Part shown: positions 1 to 11,324 of the stretch, in pieces
Position numbering within the stretch: position 1 is the stretch's first letter
How the letters are laid out: every line of letters begins with the position of its first letter
Origin: the human T2T-CHM13v2.0 reference genome, Homo sapiens
Strand: one strand, 5' to 3'
Assembly (NCBI RefSeq): GCF_009914755.1
Contig: NC_060930.1
Length of the DNA stretch: 64,000 nucleotides
Program-made: the position numbers and the translations under genes
The notes under the pieces: model-generated
The model's database searches: none
Told to the model about the DNA's origin: nothing
What the model saw: the letters and a program-made list of their open reading frames with translations, nothing else

Positions 1-2195
1 AACTACTTCAGTAAAGTTTCAGGATCCATTTACATGCAAAAATTAGTAGCATTTCTATACAGAAATAATGTTCAATCTGAAGCCAAATCAAGAAGGCAAT
101 CCCATGTACAATAGCTACACACACACAAAATTACCCAGGAAGACATCTAATGAAGGAGGTGAAAGACCTCTATTAGGCCGGTCGCAGTGGCTCACGCCTG
201 TAATCCCAGCACTTTGGGAGGCCGAGGTGGGCGGATCACGAGGTTAGGAGATTGAGATTGAGATCATCCTGGCTAACACGGTGAAACCCTGCCTCCACTA
301 AAAATACAAAAAAATTAGCCGGGCGTGATGGCAGGCGCCTGTAGTCCCAGTTACTCTGGAGGCTGAGGCAGGAGAATGACGTGAACCCAGGAGGCGGAGC
401 TTGCAGTGAGCCGGGTGCAGTCAGTGAGCCGGGATCGCACCACTGCACCCCAGCCTGGACGACAGAGCGAGACTCTGTGCAAAAAAAAAAAAAAATTCTC
501 TATTAGAAGAACTACAAAACACTGCTGAAGAAATAATAGATGACACAAACAAATGGAAAAACATTCCATGCTCATGGATTGGAAGAGTCAATGTTGTTAA
601 AACGGTCATATCACACAAAGCAATCTACAGATTCAGTGCTATTCCTACCAAACTACGAACATCATTTTTCACAGAAGTAGAAAAACTATTCTAAAATGCA
701 TATGGAACCAAAAAAACGCCCCACTGCCCAAAGCAATCCTAAGAAAAAAGAACAAAGTTAGAGTCATCACATTACCCGACTTCAAACTATCCTATAAGGC
801 TACAGTAACCAAAACAACGTGGTACTGGTACAAAAAGAGACACATAGACCAATGGAACAGAATAGAGAACTCAGAAATAAAGTCACAAACATATAGCCAT
901 CTGATCATTGACAAAAATAAGCAATGGAGAAAGGACTTCCTATTTAATAAGTCATGCTGGAATAGCTGGCTAGCCATATACAGAAGAATGAAACTGATGA
1001 AACTGGACCCTTATGTGTCACCACAAAGATTAACTAAAGATGGATGCAAGTTTTAAATGTAGGACCTCAAACTACAAGAATCGAAGAAGAGAAAACCTGG
1101 GAAACACCATTCTGAACATGGGCCTTGGGAAATAATTTATGACTAAGTCCTCAAAAGCAATTGCAACAAATACAAAAATTGACAACTGGGACCTAATTAA
1201 ACTAAAGAGCTTCTGCATAGCAAAAGAAACTGCCAACAGAGTAAACAGACAACCTACAGGATTGGAGAAAATATTTGCAAACTATGCATCCAACAAAGGC
1301 ATAATGTCCAGAATCTCTAAGGAACTTAAACAATTGAACAAGCAAAAAGCAAATAACACCCATTAAAAATGGGCAAAAGAAATGAACAGACACCTCTTGA
1401 AAGAAGACATACAAGCAGCCAACAAACATATGAAAAAATGTTAATCATCACTAATCACCAGAGAAATGCAAATCAAAACCACAGTGAGATATTATCTCAC
1501 ACCAGTTGGAATGGCTATTATTAAAAAGTCAAGAAACAACAGATGCTGGCAAGGCTGTGGAGAAAAGCGAATACTTATACACTGTTGGTGGGAAAGTAAA
1601 TTAGTTCAGCCATTGTGGAAAGCAGTTTGGGGATTTCTCAAACAACTTAAAACTGTTCCACTCAGCAATTCCATTACTGGGTATATATCCAAAGGAAAAC
1701 AAATCCTACCAAAAAAGCACATGAACTCATGTGTTTATCACAGCACTATTCACAGTAGCAGAGACATGGAATGAACCTAGGTGCCCACCAACAGTGAATT
1801 AGATAAAGATATACGTGGTATACATATATACCACAGAATACTATGAGTCATAAAGAAAAAATCATGTCATTTGCAGCAACATGCAGCTACAGGCCATTAA
1901 CCTAAGTTAATTAACACAGGAATAGAAAACCAAATACCATATGTTCTCACTTATAAGTGGGAGCTAACCATTGGGTACTCATGGACATAAAGATGGCAAC
2001 AGTAGACACTAGGGACTACTAGAGTGGGTAGGCAGGGTGGGGGACAAGAGTTGAAAATCTAACTGTTGGTACTGTGCTGAGTACCTGGGTGACAAGATCA
2101 ATCATACCCAAAACCTCACTATCACAAAATATACCCAGGTAACAAACCTGCAAATGTACCCCCGAATCTAAAATAAAAATTGGATTTAAAAAAAA
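1..2195 (+). mobile_element. LINE-1 3' portion (ORF2 remnant and 3'UTR), older primate L1PA/L1PB-type, interrupted by an Alu
   Basis: ORF2-like translations ([19 protein letters not shown]; [21 protein letters not shown]) and an L1 3'UTR ending in an A-rich tail near 2190. Confidence 0.9.
176..495 (+). mobile_element. AluY inserted in the L1
   Basis: AluY-type segments (atcctggctaacacggtgaaaccc, gtgaacccaggaggcggagcttgcag), poly-A 481-495, flanking repeat ctctatta. Confidence 0.9.
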
Positions 2196-2218
2196 GAAAA
2201 CAGAAATCAAGAATTGTA

Positions 2219-2517
2219 GGCTGGGTGCAGTGGCTCACGCCTGTAATCCCAGCACTTTGGGAGGCCAAGGCAGGTGGAACCCCTGAGGTCAGGAGTTCAA
2301 GACGAGCCTGGCCAACATGATGAAACCCTGTCTCTACCAAAAACACAAAAATTAGCCAGGCTTGGTGGTACTTGCCTGTAATCCCAGCTACTTTCCATAG
2401 GCTGAGGCAGGAGAATTGCTTGAACCCAGGAGGCGAAGGTTGCAGTGAACTAAAATCGCGCCACCATACTCCAGCCTGGGTGACAGAGTGAGACTCCATC
2501 TAAAAAAAAAAAAAAAA
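2219..2517 (+). mobile_element. AluS
   Basis: Full dimeric Alu with poly-A tail. Confidence 0.92.
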
Positions 2518-2987
2518 TTATTATACATACCTCTATAAAATAGTTTAGTAATTGTCGTTCTAAATGAAGCCAGAATATATATGTATATAGTCACAAGTAA
2601 CTGATGGCAAAATATACATAAAATTTTGTCATATGGCTTTAGAACTTACCAATATGCAATTTATTAGATCAATTGATGGCTCATTTTAAAAAATGTAAAA
2701 TACTTCAATCTCCATCACTCTGGTTTCTCTACTATTTTCTCATAATTCTTTAAAGGACCCTGACATTGCCTTTGAGCTGACATCAAAATTTGTCTCTGGA
2801 AATCTGGTATATCATTTAGTTGGACTTTAAGATATGAATGCATTTTTATTAAGGAATGTCCCCTCATATTTCAATATACTCTATTAGTGTTTTGCTCCTA
2901 TTTTTCCTTTAAGTTATAACTCATTTCTAAAAATAAAGGATAGAAACTCAACAAGCAACATAACTTTATTTATTTTAACTGTTAGCA

Positions 2988-3179
2988 CAGCTGTTCCTAA
3001 AGTGTGGTCTCCTGACAGGCAACATAAGTGTTACCTGGAAATTTGTAGAAATGCAAATTATCAGGCCCCACCCCAGACTTACTACATTGGAAGGTCTGGG
3101 GGTAGGTGACCCCCACCAATCTGAATTTTAAAAGCTCTACAGATGATTCTGATGCAAGTTAAAGTTTTAAGATCCACCA
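2988..3179 (+). mobile_element. MER5A-like hAT-Charlie MITE
   Basis: aaagtgtggtc...gaaatgcaaattatcaggccccaccccagac...gatgattctgatgca resembles the MER5A consensus. Confidence 0.75.
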
Positions 3180-3562
3180 TGTTGGGTTAGAATTATGCTG
3201 AAATTTATGTTGTTACTGTAAGGTTTTCAAGTAAAACATTCTAATTGTATTTCTTAGTTATTGCATTTTATACTTTTATGACATATTTGATAAAGGAAAA
3301 AATTGGAAAAAGAATAATAATGAAGAAGCAGTTAATATAATTATAGCGTAACTCACAAAGTCAACGAAATAACAAACTTATAGTGTTTATTTTCTTTAGC
3401 ACTTTTATGGGCTCTGAAGGCCATATGGAAGAAGTTGAAATTATGATCTATGCTACCTCAAGGGAACTAACATGAAATTAATAAGCATTTCTTTTTGTAC
3501 AAGAAATGTGCATTAAACAAGCTGTGGACATCATTATATAATGTGCTTTTTTAATGACTTAA

Positions 3563-3874
<312 letters not shown>

Positions 3875-4218
3875 CCTATAAGTGCTTTCGAGGTTAAAAG
3901 GAGAGAGATAATATATACAGTAGAGGAATCATTTTAAAAGGTCAAAAGCAGGCATTCGATTTCAGTCTAAAATGTAGCTACAACTTTATTTGATAGATGG
4001 AATAGGACACTTCAACTTAGAAGTGGGAAGTACAGAAACAACAGAAGATCTAAGTAAAACTGGGGAGTGCAGAATTGTTGTGGATTTTAGTATTGTGTTG
4101 ATGTGCGAATAGTGTTAAAATTTAAGCTAGGGCTGTTAAACTTATAGAGAAAATTAAGACAAGGTTTTGGATACTTCTGTTAGATCTACAATTGTCTGAA
4201 AAATAATTTGTGCCATGG

Positions 4219-4222
<4 letters not shown>

Positions 4223-4255
<33 letters not shown>
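4223..4255. repeat. (TG)n microsatellite
   Basis: Direct reading. Confidence 0.95.
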
Positions 4256-4257
<2 letters not shown>

Positions 4258-4670
4258 GGATGAGGACATGTGTATATGTATCAAAATGTTTTGTTTCTGG
4301 CTTTTATTCTGGTTTCAGAGAAGTCTAAGTCTCTTCCCGATGTATACAGACTAGTGCTAAGATGTTTGAGACCTTAAAGATTTCAAGGCTATGCTATTTT
4401 GAGAGTTCATAAAAGATCAGTTCTTAAGACTTGTGCAATGAATATATTTAGGCAGTAGAAAACAGATATAGTTCTCTGTCGACATTTTATTTGAAGATCA
4501 CTATAATAGTTTTTCTAAGAATAGTAATAATAAAGCAATTTGGAGAGAATTAAATTATAAGCTATGTAAAATTGAAGTCTTTAAAAGGCCTATAATTTGA
4601 GAATTCCTTTTTTTTTTATTAACACCCTTGCAAGCAACCTCTCAAAAGCTCCCTTTACATCTTTGTTTCT
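4223..4670 (-). pseudogene. Relic second OR2B-type C-terminus and 3'UTR
   Basis: Minus strand 4670-4590 translates RNKDVKGAFERLLARVLIKKKGILKL*; the sequence after it aligns by eye to the OR2B6 3'UTR up to a CA repeat. Confidence 0.8.
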
Positions 4671-4712
4671 ATGTGTGTGTGTGTATGTATGTATGTGTGT
4701 GTGCGTGTGTGT
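4671..4712. repeat. Imperfect (TG)n/(TATG)n microsatellite
   Basis: Direct reading; equivalent in position to the (CA)n after OR2B6. Confidence 0.9.
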
Positions 4713-4895
4713 ATTACTGAAGAGATGATTTCTGGATCAGAAAGGTCTAGTTTACACTGAATTGTACAAACATTGATGTAAAGTGTGACAACCCTTGAAA
4801 ATGTTGTGATTACAGTTTTTGGTGCATTGGAAGGCCAATTCTGGGGGCTTGTTCAATGAAAATGTTTAGGCAACAGAAACAAATATAGCTTTTTG

Positions 4896-5969
4896 TCAAG
4901 GAAATTTTCTTTGAGGGAGATTACAATAGTTTTCTATAGTAATGACAAAAATAGGACAACTTGCGGAGAAGTTAGTAAGGTAAGTAAGCACTGTGTCTTT
5001 AGCAAAGCTTATCATTTGCATATTTCTTATTTCTTGATTAAGAAGACTCTTTGCAACCAACCTTTTAAAGGCTTCCTTTACCTCTTTGTTCCTAAGTGTA
5101 TATATAAGGGGATTCAGCATGGGTGCAATGATTCCACAGAAGAGAGAAACCATCTTTCCCCGGTCTTTGGAGCTGGGTGAAGGTGGTTGCAGGTACATGG
5201 AGATAGCTGTACCATAAAAAAGTGACACCACAATTAGATGGGAGCCACATGTCCCAAATGCCTTTCGTTGACCTTCAGCAGACTGGATTCTCAACACTGC
5301 TTGGACAATAAAAGCATACGATATAAGGATGAGTGTCACGGGTATTAGAAGGAATAGCACACTGATGAAGAATAGTTCAGCCTCATTTGCTGTTGTGTCA
5401 ACACAGGACAACTTGAGCAGAGCAGGGACTTCACAGAAGAAGTGATCCACTTCTTTGTGACCACACAGTGGCATCTTAAGTGTCCAGGTGGACTGTAATA
5501 CTGAATTGCTAAAGCCACTAATCCAGGATGCAGCTGCCAACTGGAAGCAGAGCCTCTGGTGCATGATAATTGAGTAATGGAGAGGCCGACAAATAGCTAC
5601 AAACCTATCAAAGCACATGACGGCCAGGAGAAGACATTCTGTGGAACCCAAGGCCAGGAAAATGAAAAGCTGGGCCACACAGCCACCATAACTGATTACT
5701 TTCCTGGTGTTGCATATGTTTACCAGCATTTGTGGAACTGTACTTGTGGTATAGCAAAGGTCCAGGAGTGAGAGATTGCTAAGAAAAAAGTACATAGGGG
5801 TGTGGAGTTTGAAATCCACATGTGACACAAGAATTATTGTCAGATTGCCAAAGATTGTCAAGATATAGGAAAACAGAAACATCACAAAGGGTGGAATCTC
5901 TAGCCATGGTTGATCTGAGAAAACTAACAGAATGAACTCCTGTGGGACACTCTTATTTACCCAATTCAT
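4896..5969 (-). CDS. OR2B2: Olfactory receptor family 2B, 357 aa, C-terminus extended by a frameshift
   Basis: Intronless 7TM ORF with [44 protein letters not shown] and N5 sequon NKS; sequence and length recognised as OR2B2. Confidence 0.95.
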   Translation of the reverse strand: MNWVNKSVPQEFILLVFSDQPWLEIPPFVMFLFSYILTIFGNLTIILVSHVDFKLHTPMYFFLSNLSLLDLCYTTSTVPQMLVNICNTRKVISYGGCVAQLFIFLALGSTECLLLAVMCFDRFVAICRPLHYSIIMHQRLCFQLAAASWISGFSNSVLQSTWTLKMPLCGHKEVDHFFCEVPALLKLSCVDTTANEAELFFISVLFLLIPVTLILISYAFIVQAVLRIQSAEGQRKAFGTCGSHLIVVSLFYGTAISMYLQPPSPSSKDRGKMVSLFCGIIAPMLNPLIYTLRNKEVKEAFKRLVAKSLLNQEIRNMQMISFAKDTVLTYLTNFSASCPIFVITIENYCNLPQRKFP

Positions 5970-6015
5970 GTTAAATGGTTCAACTCTTCGTTCTCTGAAA
6001 TATAAGAAGTCAGGA
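5970..6015 (-). promoter_or_regulatory. Splice acceptor of the OR2B2 coding exon (AG at 5996-5995, 25 nt before ATG)
   Basis: cttcctgacttcttatatttcag|agaacgaagagttgaac; same spacing as in OR2B6. Confidence 0.75.
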
Positions 6016-6192
6016 AGTTAACAACACACTTCCTGATTTTGTCAGCTATAATCATTTTGCTATCAATTTACATAAAATTACAGACTGATCCAATTAATAA
6101 TGTGAAAAAAGTATTGATAAAAATATAAATATTTATCCATCCAAGTATTTAAAAAGTGTTTATATATCTGTAACAGCATATTAGCAAATTGA

Positions 6193-6515
<323 letters not shown>

Positions 6516-6991
6516 TAATTTCAAAAATCTTAAGCCATATTTTCAGTTTCCAAATTCACATAATGTATCCTTTGATATTTTACTGTTTGTAAATGTATTT
6601 TTCTCATTCTTCCTACCTAGATATCTACTGTGAGGTAGATGTAGATACAGTTTCCTGTCATTTGAATTCATTCTAATTTCTCTTCAAGGCCAGCGAGATT
6701 CCCTGATTGTAGAAATCAGTTAACATTAGTTAAAGCCACCTCCCATTATTCCCCTTCCCTCAAAAAAGCCATGTAGACAGTATCTAGTAAGTTATCAGAC
6801 ACAATTTAAGGAGACATATCCTTTTCGTTCTAGAAGCTCATAGAATTTGTATAGATTCCTTAGTAATATGATATTTGAAGGTGACAGGCTGGTCTCATAT
6901 CCCTACCCTCTCTAATTAGTTACATTCATTATATTGGAATGCTTCTAACCCTTTGATCTCCACAATTCTCATTTGTAAAATGAAGATGATA

Positions 6992-7786
6992 CAGTGGTTC
7001 CCCCTTTATCCATGGGGGATACATTCCAAGACCACCAGTGGATAGAAACCTGAAACTGTGGGTAGTACCAAACCCTATATATACTATGTTTTTTAATACA
7101 TACACAACTATAACGTTTAATTTATAAATTAGGCACAGTAAGAGATTAAGAACAATAATTAATAAAATGCAGCAAGTATAACAGCTCCAGACCCCCATTT
7201 ATTGTAATACATGTTATGTGAATGTGGTGTCCCTCTCTTTTTTTCTCTTCAAAACACCTTATTCTAGTGTACTCACCCCTCTGTGTTCTGACGATCTGAT
7301 AACCGAGATGGCTACTCAGTGACTAACAGGCAGGTGGATGCTTTAAATCAAGCTTGTCCAACCTGAGGCCCACGGGCTGCATGCAGCCCAGGATGGCTTT
7401 GAACGCAGCCCAGGATGGCTTTGAACGTGGCCTAACACAAATTTGTAAACTTTCTTAAAACATCATGACATTCACTGATGATTAAAAAAAAACTCATCAG
7501 CTATTGTTAGTGTTGCTGTATTTTATGTGAGACCCAAGACAATTCTTCTTCTTCCAATGTGGCCCAGGGAAGCCAAAAGATTGGACACCCCTGCTCTAAA
7601 CAGAAGGATGATTCCCATGACTGGGTGGGACAACACAAGACTTCATCAGGCTATTCAGAATGGCATGTATTTAAAACTTATGAATTGTTGACTTCTGTAA
7701 TTTTCCTTTTAATATTTGCAGACCATGGTTGACTGTGGGTAACTGAAATTGTGCAAAGCAAAACCACAGATAAGGAAGGACTACTG
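6992..7786 (-). mobile_element. MER44-type TcMar-Tigger element inserted in a MIR-like sequence
   Basis: TIRs cagtggttccccctttatcc / gataaggaaggactactg, flanked by TA on both sides. Confidence 0.8.
7349..7593 (-). mobile_element. MER30 hAT element nested in MER44
   Basis: Ends caagcttgtccaacc...gattggacacccctg; degenerate 8-bp TSD ctttaaat/ctctaaac; internal 22-bp tandem duplication 7383-7426. Confidence 0.85.
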
Positions 7787-9581
7787 TAATGTTTTTCTAA
7801 GTTGTCTTGATGTGAAGTATAAATGATGTGAGGTATTAACGCACACACCTACCCTAGACTTACACCTTTAGAAATGGAGAAGAGTGGATGAAAGGAACTA
7901 TAGTGATCCAAGGTCTGAGGTGCTCAGAAAGGAATTACTTATGATTTTTAGAACTTTAAATTTCCTAGGGTTACTAATGGAAATGACTATGCCTGTTAAA
8001 ACTCAACATCTGATTTCCTTCTTAACCCGCAAACATCAACTCCAACAAGAGGGGGTCATAGTAAGCGTATGATGTGAGTATAAATGTGATCTTTAGTGTA
8101 AATTGCCTAGCAGAGTGCTTGGCACATGGATGCACAGCTGTGTCAGAGACAGTACAACAGTTCTGCAGGAACTCTGAGATGCTTTGAGTAGAGGCTATTC
8201 AGTCTCATAAATTTCCTGGAGGGACTAATATGCCAACTCTACCAGCTAAACATGTATTCATCCCCCCCAAAATCTTAATGGGACACTTAATTATTTTATT
8301 ACTTTATCAATATCAGAATATTTGTTTTTCAATTTCATTCATGTTCGGCAAAATGTTAGCAATGTGAATTTTAATTTTTCTACTTATTTTAGAACCACTA
8401 GTTCCCTAAAAAATGTCTCCTTGACTCTCACCTGAAAAGAAATTTGAGATTTGTAGTCATAGATGTGGATAAGAAATGATACTCAAAGGTATTTTTAAGT
8501 GAAAAAAGGAAGTTACTGAACATTTGTATAGCATGATTCCATCAGTTTATAAAAAGAATATAATATTAGTATAATATATATACTAATATATAAACTAAAA
8601 GCTACCTTGAATAATATAGAAGAAAGTATTACTCCTAGGAAATCAAAATGGGGGTGAGTAAAGCAGACTTTACTTATAAATTTACCTATTTTTTGTTCAA
8701 ATTTTTAATAAGCAGGCATTACTTTTGTAATATATTTTTTTCAAATGACTCTGCTGACCAATTTATTCTCTGTATTCTACTTTCAGACAAACATTGCTTT
8801 AGTTAAGACTTTGATCTCCATGAGGGTGAAAATATTATAAGATATGTAATTTTTTTAGCTCTTGATAATTCCTTAAAATTCAGTCTGAATGTACAAAGAG
8901 TTTTTTAAAGGATGGATTGTAGGAGCATTTTGTATCTTACTAGTAATTTTATATATATATATAAAGTCAGACCAGGCCCTCTGTCTGACTTTTCTCCTTA
9001 GAAATCAGCTAAAAGACTGCCTTACCAAAAAGCCCTCTCACTGAGGATTATAGAAGAAGGAGAGAATCCGTTGACTCTTTTTAAATTAATTGACTGCCTC
9101 ACTCTGAGATTCAGTCCTTACAAAATAAATAAACTGCTTTCTCATCAATATAATATATTAGTGTATCCTGTTATGTAATATCCCCTCACATTCTGTAGTA
9201 AGGGCACAAGGAGGGGGGAAATATTTATCACTCTAGTAGGAAGCCCTGGAGCTGAATAACAATAATGCAGCCAGAAAGCAGTGAGGGGAGGAAGCCGGAG
9301 ATTTCAGAGCACTGGATTCTAATATTCTGTCTTACTTATCTTTGCATACTTTCTCATCTTCTAAACACACAGTTACCTCAAATATTTATCCACTCTTAAA
9401 AGGGTATCTTTAAATAGCTGTGGTATCCTTTTGTATTTCAGACATTTTATGTAATTTAAATTCTGATTCATATCCCTAATTTTAGGATTAAAGTGTTTGT
9501 TAACAACTAAAAAGCAAAACAAAACAAAACTAGGAAGTCCTTATCTGCATCTTTAAGATTATATCAAATAGGCTACTGAGT

Positions 9582-9590
9582 GCTTACCTG
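9582..9590 (-). promoter_or_regulatory. Candidate 5'UTR exon splice donor of OR2B2 (CAG|GTAAGC)
   Basis: Strong consensus; conserved at the paralogous OR2B6 position 47583-47591. Confidence 0.6.
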
Positions 9591-10007
9591 TTAACACCTG
9601 CTCCAATTGCTTGCAATTGTGGCTAATGTCTTAAAGGTGGTAGATTTCTCTGCTTTCCAATAAAATCACATTGCCAGCATCTCCAGATACAATTATTCTC
9701 ATTTTGAATAGCGAACATTCCATTGACTAGCAAAACAAAACATTTGAATTATATGAGATATCTAGCAGATCAGAAAGAGACCATAGCAATTGGATTAAAA
9801 CAGAAGTTAATGGAAGAGAATTTTAGAAAGCTGCTGAGGGGATCTTTATAGTTTTTATCTGTGATCACTTTAGAATGTTTTAACGCCTAGTTTAGAATAC
9901 TTACCTAGATGAATACACATCCTTACCTCCTTTCTTACCTGTGTATTGGTTGACCTTATGTTTGTCATCTTCCTCTTGAGTTTTCTGATTATATATATAT
10001 TTTTAAA

Positions 10008-10174
10008 TTTTTTAGTTATTTTTAATTTTATTATTATTATACTTTAAGTTTTAGGGTACATGTGCACAACGTGCAGGTTTGTTACATATGTATACATGTG
10101 CCATGTTGGTGTGCTGCACCCACACCAACATGGCACATGTATACATATGTAACAAACCTGCGCGTTGTGCACAT
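10008..10174 (-). mobile_element. Very short L1PA 3'-end insertion with fold-back inverted duplication
   Basis: T-rich tail plus atactttaagttttagggtacatgtgcacaacgtgcagg...; arms 10060-10113 and 10121-10174. Confidence 0.88.
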
Positions 10175-11324
10175 ATTTTTTAATATTAAAAAAGGTGAGG
10201 TTCAACAGAGTCTTCAAAGCATCTTTTTAAATTGCACTGTGGAACAAAAATCGAGACAAGAGAGGCAACAAGAGTTTTAGTCCCAAATCTGCCATCCAAA
10301 GTCACTGTATAATTGGGCGAGTTAGTTAATAGCTTTGGCCGTCAGTTTTATTTTCTGTAACATTATAAGGTTGCTGTTTTCCTCACAGCATAAAAACTGT
10401 TTACTTCTATGTTTTCTCAAAGTTTCTTATATCCCTGTGAGATAGATTTCCAGATACCATCTTTTTGCTGGAGTATGAGAATGAATCATGGGACCATTTT
10501 TTCCATACAGCTGATACATTGTACAAGGAAGTTTGTAAAATAAAAAAATTCCTGTTTATAAAAGGTTAATTTTGTAGGTAGAAACCTGAAATTATATACT
10601 CAAAGAAATTACTTTCCCAAAGTCCTAGGTCTTGTAAGCAGCAAACTGACGATTAGAACAAAAGACTGACTTTCTCTAAAGTTCTTATTTCCCATAGAGA
10701 TTACAAATATGCTCAAAATAACATTATATATAACAATAAAGCGCATAAAAGATGAAGCTAAGTCAGATTTTTCCAGCAGATAATTTGGTCTTTGCTGAGA
10801 TTTGAATTACAGACTATAACATGAGTGCTTACTTAGAACACTCAAATTTTAATGTAATTTTATTTCATAATTTTTAGAAATGTATTCTACTTACCTCCAT
10901 TTTAAGCATTAGAGGTAGATCAATTTTTTTTTTTTTGTCTAAGAAGCCTTGAGTTCAAATAGGACTAATTTAAAGTGCACAGATACAACGTCTTCATACA
11001 CTTAGTTGTATAATTGATTTCATGAAGTTTTTTGACTTATTTTAATTCCACTCAATATGCAGCAAGTCACGAAGTCTCTACTCAGAGTTAACTAGAGAAT
11101 AAGGATGAAATATTGCAGACAACCGGAATGTGGTGTGCAGCATCACATCACCTGGAATTTAGAGTGTCAACTGCTATTTTGGGAGACTCTGTTGAGTCAG
11201 TTTTGCAAAATGGATAAAAGAATTTTCTCTATTGATTTTAGTGTTTGTTTTGGTCTCCAGCAGAAATCTCAATCACTGAATTGCAAAACTCTTCCCCCCC
11301 AGTTTATAGTAGTTAATAGCATAC

